From Scyliorhinus canicula (lineage: Eukaryota): a stretch of DNA of 64,000 nucleotides. The stretch covers positions 157,702,771-157,766,770 of the forward strand of contig NC_052147.1 of NCBI RefSeq assembly GCF_902713615.1, written 5' to 3'. The notes below the pieces were generated by a model. The model did no database searches, was not told the origin of the DNA, and saw only the letters and a list, made by a program, of their open reading frames with translations. The position numbers were made by a program, and so were the translations under genes. Below, one piece after another: positions 47,480-60,099 of the stretch. Every line of letters starts with the position of its first letter. Positions within the stretch are counted from its first letter, which is position 1.

Positions 47480-50400
47480 GATCGATGCCAGAATCGGGAA
47501 ACACAATTGGGCGGAAAATCGTGAGTCAGACGAAAATCATGGCCTGGGCGGGGTGCCCGACGGATTGCCAGGCTCCGGTACCTCGACAGCGGTGTCAATG
47601 CATTCTACTCTGTACACACTGTAAATGATGTTGGCATCTCGTTACCGGGCCTGTCCCGCGATGCTCTGCCTCCACCAGGATGAATTATGGACGGCGAGTT
47701 TCACTGTGCTTTTAAAAATTGGGAAATAAGCACCATGGCTGCTGAAGGAGAAAGAGGAGGTAGGACATGTTCCCAGAGGTGCAATCGTGGGCTGCCAGTC
47801 CTGCTGCTGGCATGGCTGGCTGAGGGGGAACGTGGGGGGGGGGCATCTACCAGGGCCAGGAGGGAGTAGCAGCGGTGACCAGGATGGGCCATGGGGGTCA
47901 GGGTGAGCCCCCCGTGACCGTTGTGTCCTGGCATGGACCGTTATTTCTGTGGCCTGCAAGGCAGCCATCTTGCTGCGCACCCCACTGACCATCCTACCGT
48001 GGCCCCTAGTTGAGCAGAATGACACCAGCCATGTGGATACCCCCGCACTCCACAACCCCCTCCTCAGAAGCGGGCGCCAACCGCTGGTGGGGCATCACGT
48101 GGTCCATCCAAGGGGGACACCCACATTAGCCCCCTACAGGTGGGTGCTGGACAGGGGCTGCAGAGCTGGCATGGGTAGCACTATCCACTGGCGCACCTGC
48201 TAGCAGGGACAGGTGCTGGAGACAGAGGTCTCCACTGTGCCAGGTACAGACAGGGTGTGGAGGGCAAAGTTCCGGGGCAGCGGCCAGTGGTGGGTTTGGG
48301 GACGGGGGAGGAGAGAGAGGAGGACATGCAGAGGCGGGGGCTGCAGTGCAGGCAGGGGCCACCATTGCCCGTTGGACCTGGTTGGGCATGGGGGTAAACA
48401 CCATGCTAACGTGTCTGCCTTTCACCTCCTGGAGACAATGGACTTCAGAATCCAACCAGGAATGGTGGCCTTCAATCTGGCCGCTGCAGCCTTGGGCACT
48501 GAGGCTGTACGAGCAGGAGCCGCTCAGGGAGGGCCGTGTAACAGCGAAGCCTGGCCCAGAGGAACAGGAGCTAGCCAGTGAGGATGGAGAGCCGGCCGTC
48601 CAACAGACCGAGGAAGAGGAGGTGGGAAAGAAGCGCCACATAAGGCCTCGTGTCCAGGCATGCCGTCGAAGACTCCGGCGAAGCAGGGGGAACCATACGC
48701 TATATCTGCAGAATCATGCCACACCTGGCACCGCAGGGGTATGGGGAGTGCACCCACTCAAGGTCATGGTCGTCGTGAACCTTTACTCCTTGGGGTCCTT
48801 CCAGATGCCAAGCGGCAACCTGTCCATGATCTCACAGACCTCAGTGCACAGGTGCAACCATCCTGCCACGAAGGCCCTGTAAGCCTGCCCAGCACAATAT
48901 ATCAAATTCAATGTGGACTGAGCCCACCAGGATGCCCGGGCAGCGGGATTCACGGCCATTGCCAGGATGCCCCAGGTCCAGGGGGTGATCGACGGGATGC
49001 ATGCCCCCCATGAACACCGTCCCATGACACATAGGTCTTCACAAACTGAAAGGGGTTCCACTTGATGAACGTGCAAGTGGTGTGTGACCATGAGCTGCGC
49101 ATCATGCACGTCTGTGCCCGATACATGGGCAGTGTGCATGACGCCTTCATCCTGGCACACTCGATGATTCCTGGCACCTTCGAAACACAGCCTCCCCCTT
49201 CAGTCCAAAGATGTGCATTGTAGGTGGAATGGCCATGATAAATTGCTCATAGTGTCCAAAACTTGCCCTTAGTGTTGGGTTGGGTTGTGGGGATAGGGTG
49301 GAGGTGTTGACCTTGGGTAGGGTGCTCTTTCCAAGAGCCGGTGCAGACTCAGTGGGCCGAATGGCCTCCTTCTGCACTGTAAATTCTATGATAATTCAAG
49401 CTGTTAGATTGACTCATGGGCAACAGGGGTTATCCGCTGCAGTCGTGACTGATGGCGCCTATCTGGGGGGCCACAAACCGTCGCGGAGACCCACTACAAC
49501 AACACCCATACAGTGACCAGAGGTGTGATCGCATGTGCATTGGCATCCTGAAGATGCGGATCAGGTGCCTGGGCCGCTCTGCAGGGGCCCTCCAGTATAG
49601 AGCTAGGTGGGTCTCTCACATCATGGAGGCCTGCTATGTCCTCCACAACATCGCACAGGAGAGGAGACGTACTGGAGAAGGGGGATGAACACCGGGCCTC
49701 ATCCGACAAGCAGGATGTGGAGGAGGGCCAGGTGGGAAGGGCACATGGCCGGGCAGGCACAGAAAGCTGCACAACGCGTGCACCAAGGTCAGCGTGCACG
49801 AGACACTGTAATCGCCACCAGGTTTGACAAGGGGGCCAGGCTGACAGCACGAACATCCCATCTCACCCACCCCCTTCCAATCGACCACCCGCTCCTGTGT
49901 TCACCCTCCGTGATTCCTACCTGCCTCACTACATGGGTGCAGGGCCTGGGTTGGTAGTAACAGAGGGTCTGGGCCATGGGATAGAGGATGATGATGACCT
50001 GCTCTAAAGCTATGTCGAGGTGGAGCCGCAGATGGTACATCAGGAGTAGAGGGGGCCTGCTCTGATTTCCACCCTGCGACCCATGTCCCCTTTGGTGGCC
50101 GTCCTCTGGAGCGTCCAGGCCTGGATGGGTCCAGCAGTTGCTCGGGTGTCCCAGATGGTGCGGTGCCACTTGGTTGCCCGTTGTCGACCTCTGCCTCTGT
50201 GACTGACCTCTCTCCGGGCCAACCAACCATGTCTAGTGCCCGCTGCTCCATGGCGGTGAGGGCCACAAGTCCGGTGGTCTCCTCTCTCTGTGATTATGCA
50301 CCGCGTTCTCCTGGAAGGGGGGGGGAAGACAGAAGGCGCAGTGTGAGGCAGTCAGACTCGAGCAGCATAGGGTGTGGGCAGCTGGTGGTCGTTGTGAGAA

Positions 50401-51011
50401 GGGCTCCGGCCATGGCGAGCAGTATGGGTGCTGGCCTGAGTGCAGGGTGGGAAGCAAGCTCACTGCCTGCGTGGGGGGTTCGGGGGAGGGGATATTTATG
50501 GCTGTGTGCGATGAGGTTTAATACTAGGGGAACGGTACTGCCTACTCACCCTGGCTGCCTTGAGGAGGTCATGCAGCTTCTTCCTGCACTGTTAGCCGGT
50601 CCTGGTGGTGGCCTCTGCCACCTCACCCACGCCTGGTGTATGGCGGCGGGTGGCAGCCTCTTTCCCATCCCAGGGAACAGAATGGAGCGCCTCTCCTCCA
50701 TGGCATTCAGCAGATCTCCAGCTTTGTGTCCGTGATCTGGGGTGCCATTCTTTGTGCTGCCACCTTGTTGGCTGGGATGAGTGTATGTGGGGAGTGGAGT
50801 GCTGATATGCGGCTGCAACTTGTTAGTCTCTCGAGTGGCAATCCCGACCCAGGCAAATCAGACTCCGTTATCATTGGAATCGCTCGAGTTCCCCAGTGCT
50901 AGCCAGTGCTAGCCCCTTAATGGATCATGAATTGCTCTGGAACCAGCGCCAATTTAGTTGCTGTGGAAGTCCACTGACTCAGCTCCGGCGTCAAAACAGA
51001 GAATCCCTCCC
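47480..51011. mobile_element. Decayed autonomous-type PIF/Harbinger transposon: HARBI1-like DDE transposase (+, about 48440-49820) convergent with a Myb/SANT gene (-, about 50180-50750)
   Basis: Transposase pieces NLYSLGSFQMPSGNLSMISQTSVHRC, QVQGVIDGMH, NVQVVCDHELRIMHVCARYMGSVHDAFIL and IGILKMRIRCL..ACYVLHNIAQ. Myb pieces LLNAMEERRSILFP and QQCRKKLHDL. Right TIR AGAGAATCCCTCCC at 50998-51011; left TIR not clearly visible. A SINE piece is inserted at about 49200-49392. Confidence 0.85.
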
Positions 51012-51639
51012 CTGTTTTTGTTCCCAGTTGTTTGCGTTCTGAAGGCCGAGCAGTTGCTGGACTTGGTCCCTTTGCAAATGGTCATTCTTCATGTGAACTG
51101 GATAGCAAGATATTTCTGGAGGCACCACAGACAAGCATCTCTTGGTGTGTCCACAGAAACAGAGGATGGAGAAATGAAATGGCATTCCTGAGTGACGATT
51201 CCACCCTCACTCTGCCCTGTGAGGAGAGCATACTCAACCACAGGAGTGATAACACTGACCAATAAGTATATTTTATGATTTTAAAAAACTTTAAAGTAAA
51301 CACAGAGTTAACCATATTAACAGCAAAGATATAGCTATAAAGTTCTTCAATAGAAGTGCAAAAAACTTTAACTCCCTACCTACACCTGTCAATATACATT
51401 CCAATTAAGCAACCCAATGCAGTTTAAATGCCACTTGTAAATAAAGTTAACAATCAGGTTCAATTGCATTTCTGTGCAGACCTTTGGAGAGAGACCCTTT
51501 CAGGAACGACCTGAAAGCCTTCTATCTTGTCAGGCTAAAACTCTATGGCAATCTGCAAAACCACACACAAAAAATGCCTTTAATTTTTGATCTGATTTTG
51601 AAAGCAAATTATGGTGAACCTGCATAAAACACTAATTCA

Positions 51640-52190
51640 GCCACAACTAGAGCATTGTGTCCAATTCTGGGCACTGCATTGCAGGAAGTAGGTGCCAGAA
51701 TTGGAGACGGTGCAGAAAATGTTCATGAGAATGGTCCCAGGGATGAAGGATTTTGGTTGTGTGGATAGATTGGAGATGCTGATCTGGTTCCCCTTCGAGG
51801 CGAGATAGCCGAGAAGAGATTTGATAGAGTAGTTCCAGATACTGAGGGTTCTGGAGAGTGTAGATGGGGAGAAACTGTTCCCATTGGTGGAAGGCTCAAG
51901 AATCAGAGGGAACAGATTTAGGGTGATTGGGAAAAGAACCAAAGACAAAGTGAAGAAAAACATTTCACACAGCGAGTGGTTAGGATCTGGAATTCACTGC
52001 CTCAGAGGGTGGTGGCTGCAGGTTCAATTGTGGCTTTAGAAGGGAATTGGATAAGCATCCACGAAGAGTGAATTTGTAGTGTTACGGGGAGAAACCATTG
52101 TAGTGGGACACGGTGAATTGATTTTACAGAGAGCTGACACAGACACAATGGACCGATTGGCCTCTAGTGCTATATCCATTCTGTGATTTA
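51640..52190 (+). mobile_element. CR1 LINE 3' fragment
   Basis: PQLEHCVQFWA and SERVVRIWNSLP-like motifs, followed by a CR1 3' UTR. Confidence 0.8.
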
Positions 52191-52810
52191 AACAGAAATG
52201 GAATGACTATCTGATGTGGTTGAAGGGTTTCCAGGTCAGTGCAGTGGGGATTATTTACCATCTTGCATTATGAACACGATCCAGCCTGGACAATGGATGA
52301 ATTGGGAGCGTTCAATGTTGTTCATTGCTCTGTTTCCAGCATCTGATGTCCCTCAAACAAATTCACCTCACTCCTTAGCCCTAATCATTTGATCATTTAA
52401 ATAACCCAAGTTGTGTAGTTCATCTGCTTATTTTATTCTTCATCTTTTCCCCTCTTTGTCTCCCCTGAAAGACATTGGTTCCACGTGATGCTGTTCGTTG
52501 CTAGAGAGTCCAGACTCAGTGTATTGGGAGGTTATTCATGAGAACCCTGCCTTCGCACCCTTTCCCCTCGCCTGAGGTGTGGTGACCCTCAGGTTAAATC
52601 ACCACCAGTCAACTCTCCCCTCAAAGAGGAAAGCAGCCTACTGTCATCTGCGACTTTACCTTGCCTATTGTGAGATTACCCAACCATGGTGGTATCACAG
52701 CCCACCCTGACACTGATCTTTATCCTGTTCCTGGGCATGTTCCATTTTCAGGAAGTGATCTAAAGTGGGAATCCTCGCTCATATTGACTCCCTCCAAGTT
52801 CAGGAATGTG

Positions 52811-53350
52811 GGCCGGGATTCTCCCCTATCTGGCAGGGTGGGGGGGTCCTGGCGCACCTTTAGGAGCTAGGCCCGCGCCGGAGTGTTTGGCGCCCCGCTG
52901 ACCGACGCGATCGGCCTTTGGCGCAACGGCTGGCCGAAAGGAGTCGGCGTGAGTCCGTGCATGCGTCGGAGGATCAGTGGCCGCTGACGTCACCTCGGCG
53001 CATGCGCGATGGAGGGGGTCTCCGCCTCCGCCATGGTGGCCCATGGCACAGGCCTGCCCGCCGATCGGTGGGCCCCGATCGCGGGCCAGGCCACCGTGGG
53101 GGCACCCCCCCGGGGTCAGATTGCCCCTCCCCCAGGACCCCAGGGCCCGCTCGCCCTGACAGCGGCGGGAGAGGCCTGACAGCGGCGGGACTTCGGCCCA
53201 TCGCGGGCCGGTGAATCGCCGCGGGGGCCCGCCGACCGACGCGGCGCGATTCCCGCCCCCGTCGATTCCCGGGTGGTGGAGAATGCCAGCCACGGCGGGG
53301 GCGGGATTTACGCCAGCCCCGGGCGAATCTCCGACCCCCGAATTCCGCCC
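52811..53350. mobile_element. GC-rich Harbinger-type MITE, same subfamily as 9224-9957
   Basis: Left TIR GGCCGGGATTCTCC, partial right TIR GAATTCCGCCC; flanks gtg/atg. Confidence 0.8.
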
Positions 53351-53637
53351 ATGATCTTGTCTCTAAGTCCAACCTAACTTGATCACCTAACTGGAGATGG
53401 ACCCTGGATGTGTTTTAAATTGTGCATGGTGGCACATCACACTGTGTGGTGCATTTTCGCAATGAGCAATAGTGTTGTAAGGGGGTGGTCGATTTTAAGT
53501 CTTTGATGATGTTTGATTTCACATTTTCCAAGTACTGAGCTGATGTAACTACCTGAAGCCTAATCTATACGCCCATATGATATTTTAGGCATTTGAGGTG
53601 ACTAATTTTTTCTTATTGTTATTTTCCACTTACACAG

Positions 53638-55081
53638 GGATGAGGAAGGTGGGGAGGAGCTCCGGAAACGTTCGCTCCATCTGCCATTCACCTTTGCCAC
53701 AGGAGAGGCCTTGCTGTACCAAGCAGCCTGCTCCAATCCGGGACTCCCTGACCCTTGCCAGGCCAAAGGGAGAAGAAGAAAGAATGCCTCGAGTAAAACT
53801 GAGAAGGAACAGAGAAATGTGGATCCCAGTTCCCTTTTAGGTGCGATGATGCAACAGGACGAGTCTGTGTACGTGTGCCACCCTGCTTCGGAGCCCAAGC
53901 ATTCTTACAGCAGCAGTTTCTTCAGCGAGGCTGGTGGCTCTGGATGCACAGCAGGGGATACCTGGCAGAGCGATACAAGTGAGCTCGGCCAGCAGGGGGT
54001 TAATGCTGGGCAGCTCGATCCCTTGCTGTCCACACTGGACTCCCTTAATCTGGCCGGGGAAGAGAACTGTTTAAATAGCGACTTATTCAGTGCACTTGAA
54101 AATCTGGGACTTGGTGCAGACGACTTGGAGCTCCTGCTGTTTGATGAGAGGATGGTGAGGTTGGATACGAACCCGGAGTACATACCGTCATTAAATGACA
54201 TTTTGACAAATGGGGAGATTTTATCCTATGTCCATGACTCGATTGTGACTAAAAATGATCAGGAACTCCCTGGAATCCAGCAACCATATTCAACACAGGA
54301 TTCTTCCCAAACGTTGGCCACAAACCTCTTGGTATATTCACCCAAACCTCTGGAAAAAGAGGCTCAGTATTCCTCCCAACATTTGCAACATCACCAGCAG
54401 GCATTCCATTCAGCCCATCAGGTACTCCAGCAGCAAGACCTCCTGCTACAGGCCCAGCAGGATGACCAACCCTGGAGTCAGCACTTAGAACCCAGTAATG
54501 GGCAGCCTCAAATGACTCAGGAGGAACCCCTTCAACAGCTCAAAGTGCACCTGCACACACAGTGCCAGTTTAAACCAAAAAGCCACGAGCAGCTTCTAAT
54601 CAATGGGATGCATTCCCACTCCCCAGCAAACTCCCCGTTGAGAGCTAATCATCGATGGCCCAATTACAGTTGCCAGTCAGCAGCCGATCAAGTCGCTTCT
54701 TACAAACTGGATCACCTCGCTGGCTATTGTGCTGGTCAGAACCTGGATTCCTATCAGCAACCTCAGTCCACATGTCCGCCTCTTGCTCCAAGTGGGATCA
54801 TTCCAAGCTCAGGTTCTCACATGAGTGGGGCACCTTGCATGGGGTTAACAATGAATGGAGGAAGCGGTGAGGATGGCCAGTATCAGGGTTTTCTAACCAC
54901 ATCATCTACTTATCAGACTTTCCCACAGAAGCAGCAGATTCAGGGAACACCACTCTGCCAGTATCAGCCCTTGAATCCTTCCAGTAATCACTTTGCGGAT
55001 CTATCTCCAGAACAACTGCAGCCTGCGGTGGACCCTTATGGGTTCTTAGCAGCTTTGGTATCTCAGGACAGCTCCCACAAG
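53638..55081 (+). CDS. ahr1: AHR exon 10 equivalent (transactivation domain: acidic, Q-rich, P/S/T-rich)
   Basis: tacacag|G, then DEEGGEELRKRSLHLPFTFATGEALLYQ, continuing into ORF 53711-55111. Contains the AHR motifs DPSSLLGAMMQQDESVY and SLNDILTNGEILSYVHDS. Likely donor AAG|gtaacc after 55081; the in-frame stop at 55109-55111 applies only if unspliced. Confidence 0.9.
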
Positions 55082-55149
55082 GTAACCAGCCTACAGCTGC
55101 CACCCAGCTGACAGACTTATTTATTCACATCTGTTGGAGCAGGAATCTG

Positions 55150-55416
55150 GGGTGGGATTCTCTGCCCCACATCAGGTTGGGGAATCCCCGGGGGGGCGGC
55201 GTGAATCCCACTCCGACGCCGGCTGCCATATTCTCCGGTGCCGGTTTTCAGGCGGGGTTTCGCCGCACCGCGGGAGCCATTGGCAGCGGCCCCCCTGGCA
55301 ATTCTCCAGGCCCCGTTGCGCCGAGCGGCCGTCATTTCCTGGCCAGTCCCGCCAGCGTGAAATGACCGTGGCCCATCTCGGCGGAACCTGGCTTGTAGGT
55401 CGGCTAGGTGAGTCCT

Positions 55417-55450
<34 letters not shown>

Positions 55451-55750
55451 TTCGGGCCCCCACGGAGGCCTGGTCCGCGATCGGGGCCCACCGATCTGCG
55501 GGTGGGCCTGTACCATGAGGGCACTCCTTCCTTCCATACCGACTGTAGGGCTCCGCCATGGCCGGCGCAGAGAAGGACCCTCCCCTGTGCATGCGCAGGA
55601 ACACACTGGCCGGTCTGCACATGCATGGAACCCCTCCGCTTCCGGCCTAGGAAGATTCCGCACCTTCCGGTCAGCCCGACGCCGGAGTGGTTCACGCCGC
55701 TCTTGGTGCCGGCGTCGGGCCATCCGGCCAGTTGTGGGAGAATCCCGCCC
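55150..55750. mobile_element. GC-rich Harbinger-type MITE about 70 bp downstream of the exon-10 donor
   Basis: TIRs GGGTGGGATTCTCT / GGAGAATCCCGCCC; TSD CTG. Confidence 0.85.
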
Positions 55751-55915
55751 CTGATGGTTCTAGGGGGAAGGATAGGATAAGATTAGTTCCTGTATTGGTG
55801 GGGCAGGAACAGAGGGTTTGCAGTTCATTAAGTACTCGGGTATACTTGTTAACATTCGGGAGTATACTTGCAAAGTATTTTAGCAGCAGATTAAAGAAAT
55901 TGGAGTGACTTAAAT

Positions 55916-56962
55916 GAAATAAAAGCAGCAAGTGCTGGAAAAACTCAGTAGGTCTGGCAGCATCTGTGGAGAGAGAAACACAGTTAATGGGCAGTGTCTA
56001 CCGGCCACGTTACACTCGAGCAAGAGCGCAACGCGGCTGGTAGATCCCAGGAGAGGCCTCCACGGCCTTCCTGGCAGTCTTTACACCTTGAGGGATATAC
56101 CCAAGTCACACGAGGTGTCAAAATCAGAATACTGTCGAAAGGGGGCATGACCAAACAGTGCCTAAGGCTGTAGCTGGGCGCCCTTCAGTACAAGTCCATA
56201 CAAACATGGACCAGGTGGAGCGGCACCTGGGGGGGGAGGGGGGTCTCCTGGGCTATTGGAGGCCTCTTGGTGGGTAAGCATAGTGCAGGGCCTATCTGGC
56301 CCTCTTCCTGTAATGTGGGCACCTTGGCACTGCCCAGCTGGCACTTTGGCATTGCCATCCTGGCACTGCCAATATGCCCAGGTGGCACTGCCAAGCTGGC
56401 AGGAGCACTGTCAGGGTGGCAGTGCAAGGGTGGCTGGGTGGCACTGCCAAGGGTCAGGACCCGAGGATGGCCATGCCCATGAAAGGCAGGTTGGCGGTGG
56501 TTTGAAGTTTGGCGGGGGTGCAGGGCAGGTAAGTAGGGGCCTTTGGGAGATTTGTGGCTGAAGGGTTGGGGTCCTGAAGGGGGGGTGCCTGTAAGGGGGT
56601 GTGGGGAGACCTGAAGAGCTTAGTGAGGTGTCTTCACTTGGCGGGTATGGGGTAATACCCATTTGTGTGGGGTGTGACATTGCCCATGGGTGGAGGATGG
56701 AAGCTCACTTAAAGATCGGGCACCCTTTCAAAATGCTGGCCCGATTTCTGAGTTCAGCCCCCCAGTGCTAAAAAAGTGATTGAGTGTCGTTTGATAGCGG
56801 TGGAGAACGCGCCAACAAAACCCACCACAAATGAACTTAGAAATGTTTCTGTTAAATTCCACCCAATGTTTCTGTCGATAGCCATATGGACTAGAAACTG
56901 TTTCTCTCTCTGCAGATACTGACAGACCCCCTGAGCTTATCCAGCATTTTCCGTTTTTATTT
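55916..56962. mobile_element. Palindromic Penelope-type terminal-repeat remnant, split by a Harbinger-type non-autonomous element (55989-56864, TSD AAT)
   Basis: Arm 55916-55980 is the reverse complement of about 56900-56962. The insert is bounded by aat|GGGCAGTGTCTACC and GTTAAATTCCACCC|aat. Confidence 0.7.
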
Positions 56963-57104
56963 CAAATTTCCAACATCTGCAGTATTTTGCTTTTATTCGA
57001 CAGGAATATTCCTTCCTTATTCATAAGTTTCCACTGTTCTGAATTTAGGATTTCTGGCAGAGCCTGACCATTCAGCACAACATCTCGTATGTGTGGTTGA
57101 CTGG

Positions 57105-57390
57105 CCATAGAATCACTACAGTGCAGAAGAAAGACATTCGGCCCATCTAATCTACATCAATCCTCCAGAAGAGCACCCTACCTAGGTCAACTCCCTGGCC
57201 CAATCCCTCTCACCCCATAACCCCAGCTAACTCGCACATCTTTGGACTGTGGGAGGTACTGGAGCACCCGGAGGAAACCCACGCGGACACGGGGAGAACG
57301 TGCAAACTCCACAGTCACCCGAAGCCGGAATTAAACCCGGGTCCCTGGTGCTGTGAGGCAGCAGTGCCAACCACTGTTCCGCTGTGTCGC
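57105..57390 (-). mobile_element. tRNA-derived SINE (CR1-tailed)
   Basis: Reverse complement of the head, core and tail. Confidence 0.8.
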
Positions 57391-59361
57391 TCCAGGGAAA
57401 ACTATGCAGCAAAATCTTGCTCATCCAGTTAGGAAGGAAGACTGAGGGAAAACTTTATTGGAAAATACTGGATGGATTTATACCCCACCTGCTATTATTC
57501 TACAGGGTTTAATGGAGATTAAATTTGGGAATGAGGCAGTATTTTCCCAGATCCTGCCAATTTAGAGACGGGTGAGTTAGAGTAACATTGCCCAGGATTG
57601 AGATGGGCCCCAGAATCATTTTGCATGGAACCTTTCCCACAAGAAATAGGAAGGGACTTTTAATTCCAATTCTGATGCTATATTTCTCAATATTTCAGCC
57701 AGTTGTGTCGTTCGGTTACAAAAAACGTTGATGTCTCCAAAGGAGCCAGTAGATGAGGGATAGAGGAGAAAGCAGAAGGACCAGATCATGGGAGTATCCC
57801 AGATGTGATGGTGCAGGATTTGGAAAAATATGTTTGATTGGTGTAGAAGTGTGCTGCTCCCAAGCACAGAACTGCATTCCAATGACAGCCGAGATTCAAC
57901 TTGTACCTCTAACATAATAAAACACCTCAGGGTGCTGCACAGGAGTATTATAAAGCAAAAATAGCTAGCCACCCATAGGAGGGGATATCAGGGCAAATGG
58001 ACAAAAGTTTGGCCAAAGAGGTAGATTTTAAAGAGAGTCTTAAGGGAGGTATAGGTTTGGAGAGTGAAATGTTTTGCGAGGGAATTCCCAGCTTGGGTCC
58101 CAAACAGCTGAAGGCACGGTGAAGATATTAAAATTGAGAATTAGTGGATTGCAGATATTTTGAGTGTCGTGGAGCTGGAGGAGATTCCAGAGATAGGGAT
58201 AGGGTGAGGCCATGGAGGGATTTGAAAATAAAGATATGACTTTTAAAATAAAGGAGTTTGTGCCCTCGTTAAATGCAGCTGGAATGAAACATTTTTTTTC
58301 CCATTTGCTGGTGGGGACAGTTCCGTGTAAAATGATTCTGGAGTTAATCACGGTCTAGTCCCTGGTGCGAAACTGTCTACCACATCAAACTGTCTAACAC
58401 AGCACTAAATCATCATACTGAAGAGGGAGCCACATTTCACTTGGTGTGCAGAGTGTCAAGATGTCACAGCCTTGGATTTTCCCGATCCTGCCAACAACGG
58501 GCATCATTCCAGGTGAGTTGGGAAATTTGGAATGCGGCAAAATTGGCTTTTGGCTGCTCTTCAAATGTTCCCATCCCACCTGTGATGATGCCCGCCATTG
58601 GCAGCTTCAGGAAAATCCTGCTATTTGGAGGGTTCAGGGCTTTTGTGACGCAGTATTGAAAGAGCGTCAGTCAATATCTAACCTGGGCTATCTCTAATCT
58701 GAAACCTCTCTTTAGCTTCCTCCGAACTCAAATGTTTGCCAGAGTGGGGCTAAGATCAGCAGTTCTCATAATTGTGTGATTCCAAATAAAAATGGCCATC
58801 AATTAACCTTCTATTTTTTAAAGTTAGTGTTCTGAGGACTGACAGTGTTGTGTGGCACACAGGCTAGCCTCAGGTTCCCTGAGTGAGTGGTGGCTCAGAA
58901 CATGAGGAAAGTGGTCAAGGTTCCAGTTGCTGTTCATTCTCTATGGCTGGGAGGTTTGCGTGGACTTGTACAGGTTTGGATTGTACTAGAACAGCACCCT
59001 CTGTCAACTCTCCTGCAAAAGCAACTGTCACTGAGGTGAGGGACCTGAGGGAATGTTGACTCTCACAAACCCCAGTCAGCACCTGGGGAAGAGAAAACTG
59101 GGACTGAAAAGGAGAGCATTTTACAATGACCTAAATGGTGTCATAACACAAAACACCCATTCACCAGACTGATCCAGCAACATCAACCCATAATATCCCA
59201 GATGTTACGGAACATGCTGATGTTAAATGCGACAGCATCCCAAAACCCAGAAGGGTAGATTGGAACGCTGGTTCTTACTGATGTATGTGTTTCTTTCTGG
59301 TATAATGGGAGGAATGATGTACAACCCAATGAGCACCAGCCCAGTCGTTGTCTGAACAATT

Positions 59362-59589
59362 TTTAAAAATTAATTTAAATTGCCCAATTCCTTTTTTTTT
59401 TCAATTAAGGGCAATTTAGTGTGTCCAATCCACCCAACCCGCACATCTTTGGTTTGTGGGGGTAAGACCTACGCAGGCACAGGGAGAGTGTGCAAACTCC
59501 ACAAGGACGGTGACCCAGGGCCAGGATCGAACCCGGGTCCTCAATGCCGTGAGGCAGCAGTGCTAACCACTGCGCCACCGTGCCGCCCT
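59362..59589 (-). mobile_element. tRNA-derived SINE, short A-tailed type
   Basis: Reverse complement of the 2448 family; tgaacaatt flanking duplication. Confidence 0.85.
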
Positions 59590-59889
59590 TATGTGTGAAC
59601 AATTAATAAAGTTATTTGTTAACTTAAAAGAAAGACAAAGACACATATGGAACGAAAGACTATAATACACTCTCACACTTAGGTATACTGATGACTGTAC
59701 ACACATCATTTTAGATGAAACTATGCCTTGGTCACCAACTAACTACGTTTACCTGAACTCTGAGACACTCGTTTTTCTAAAGAACATCCAATGTTAAGTA
59801 GCTTTATGAGCTAAAATCAGCAAATAATCACCACAACCAGGTTAAGTGGCCACCTTTGGGAAACCTACTGTTTTCTTTCAGGAGACTAT

Positions 59890-60034
59890 GGATGGAAATT
59901 TCCATTTCTCCCAGCCGCGTATTTCTCTGTCAATGGGAATACCCATTGAAGTCTCCCCACGCTGCCAGGAAAGCCCTGGGCGGGGGTGCGCTGCCGGCAA
60001 GAACAGACCCTCCTAAAGACAGAGAATTCTGGCC
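59890..60034. mobile_element. Short old Harbinger-type MITE
   Basis: tat|GGATGGAAATTTCC ... AGAGAATTCTGGCC|tat. Confidence 0.6.
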
Positions 60035-60099
60035 TATAAGTGCAACTTACTGCATTTCTGGTGTCAGCTAGCTCTCTCCCCCCTTAATTATTGTGCCCT

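Noticed and set aside
56320-56450. Repeated TGGCA(C/G)TGCCA palindromes resembling a short array
   Set aside because: Spacing is irregular and the repeats lie inside a Harbinger-type non-autonomous element. This is not a CRISPR array; the context is eukaryotic with no cas genes.
56865-56900. Possible hammerhead at the centre of the 55916-56962 palindrome
   Set aside because: Only GAAAC remnants remain; the CUGANGA core is missing on both strands.
58638-58697. Candidate terminal AHR exon GFCDAVLKERQSISNLGYL*, whose ending resembles the AHR C-terminal SSGFL
   Set aside because: The acceptor (ggttcag) lacks a pyrimidine tract and abuts a decayed MITE-like sequence (about 58470-58620). The similarity is too short to support without cDNA.
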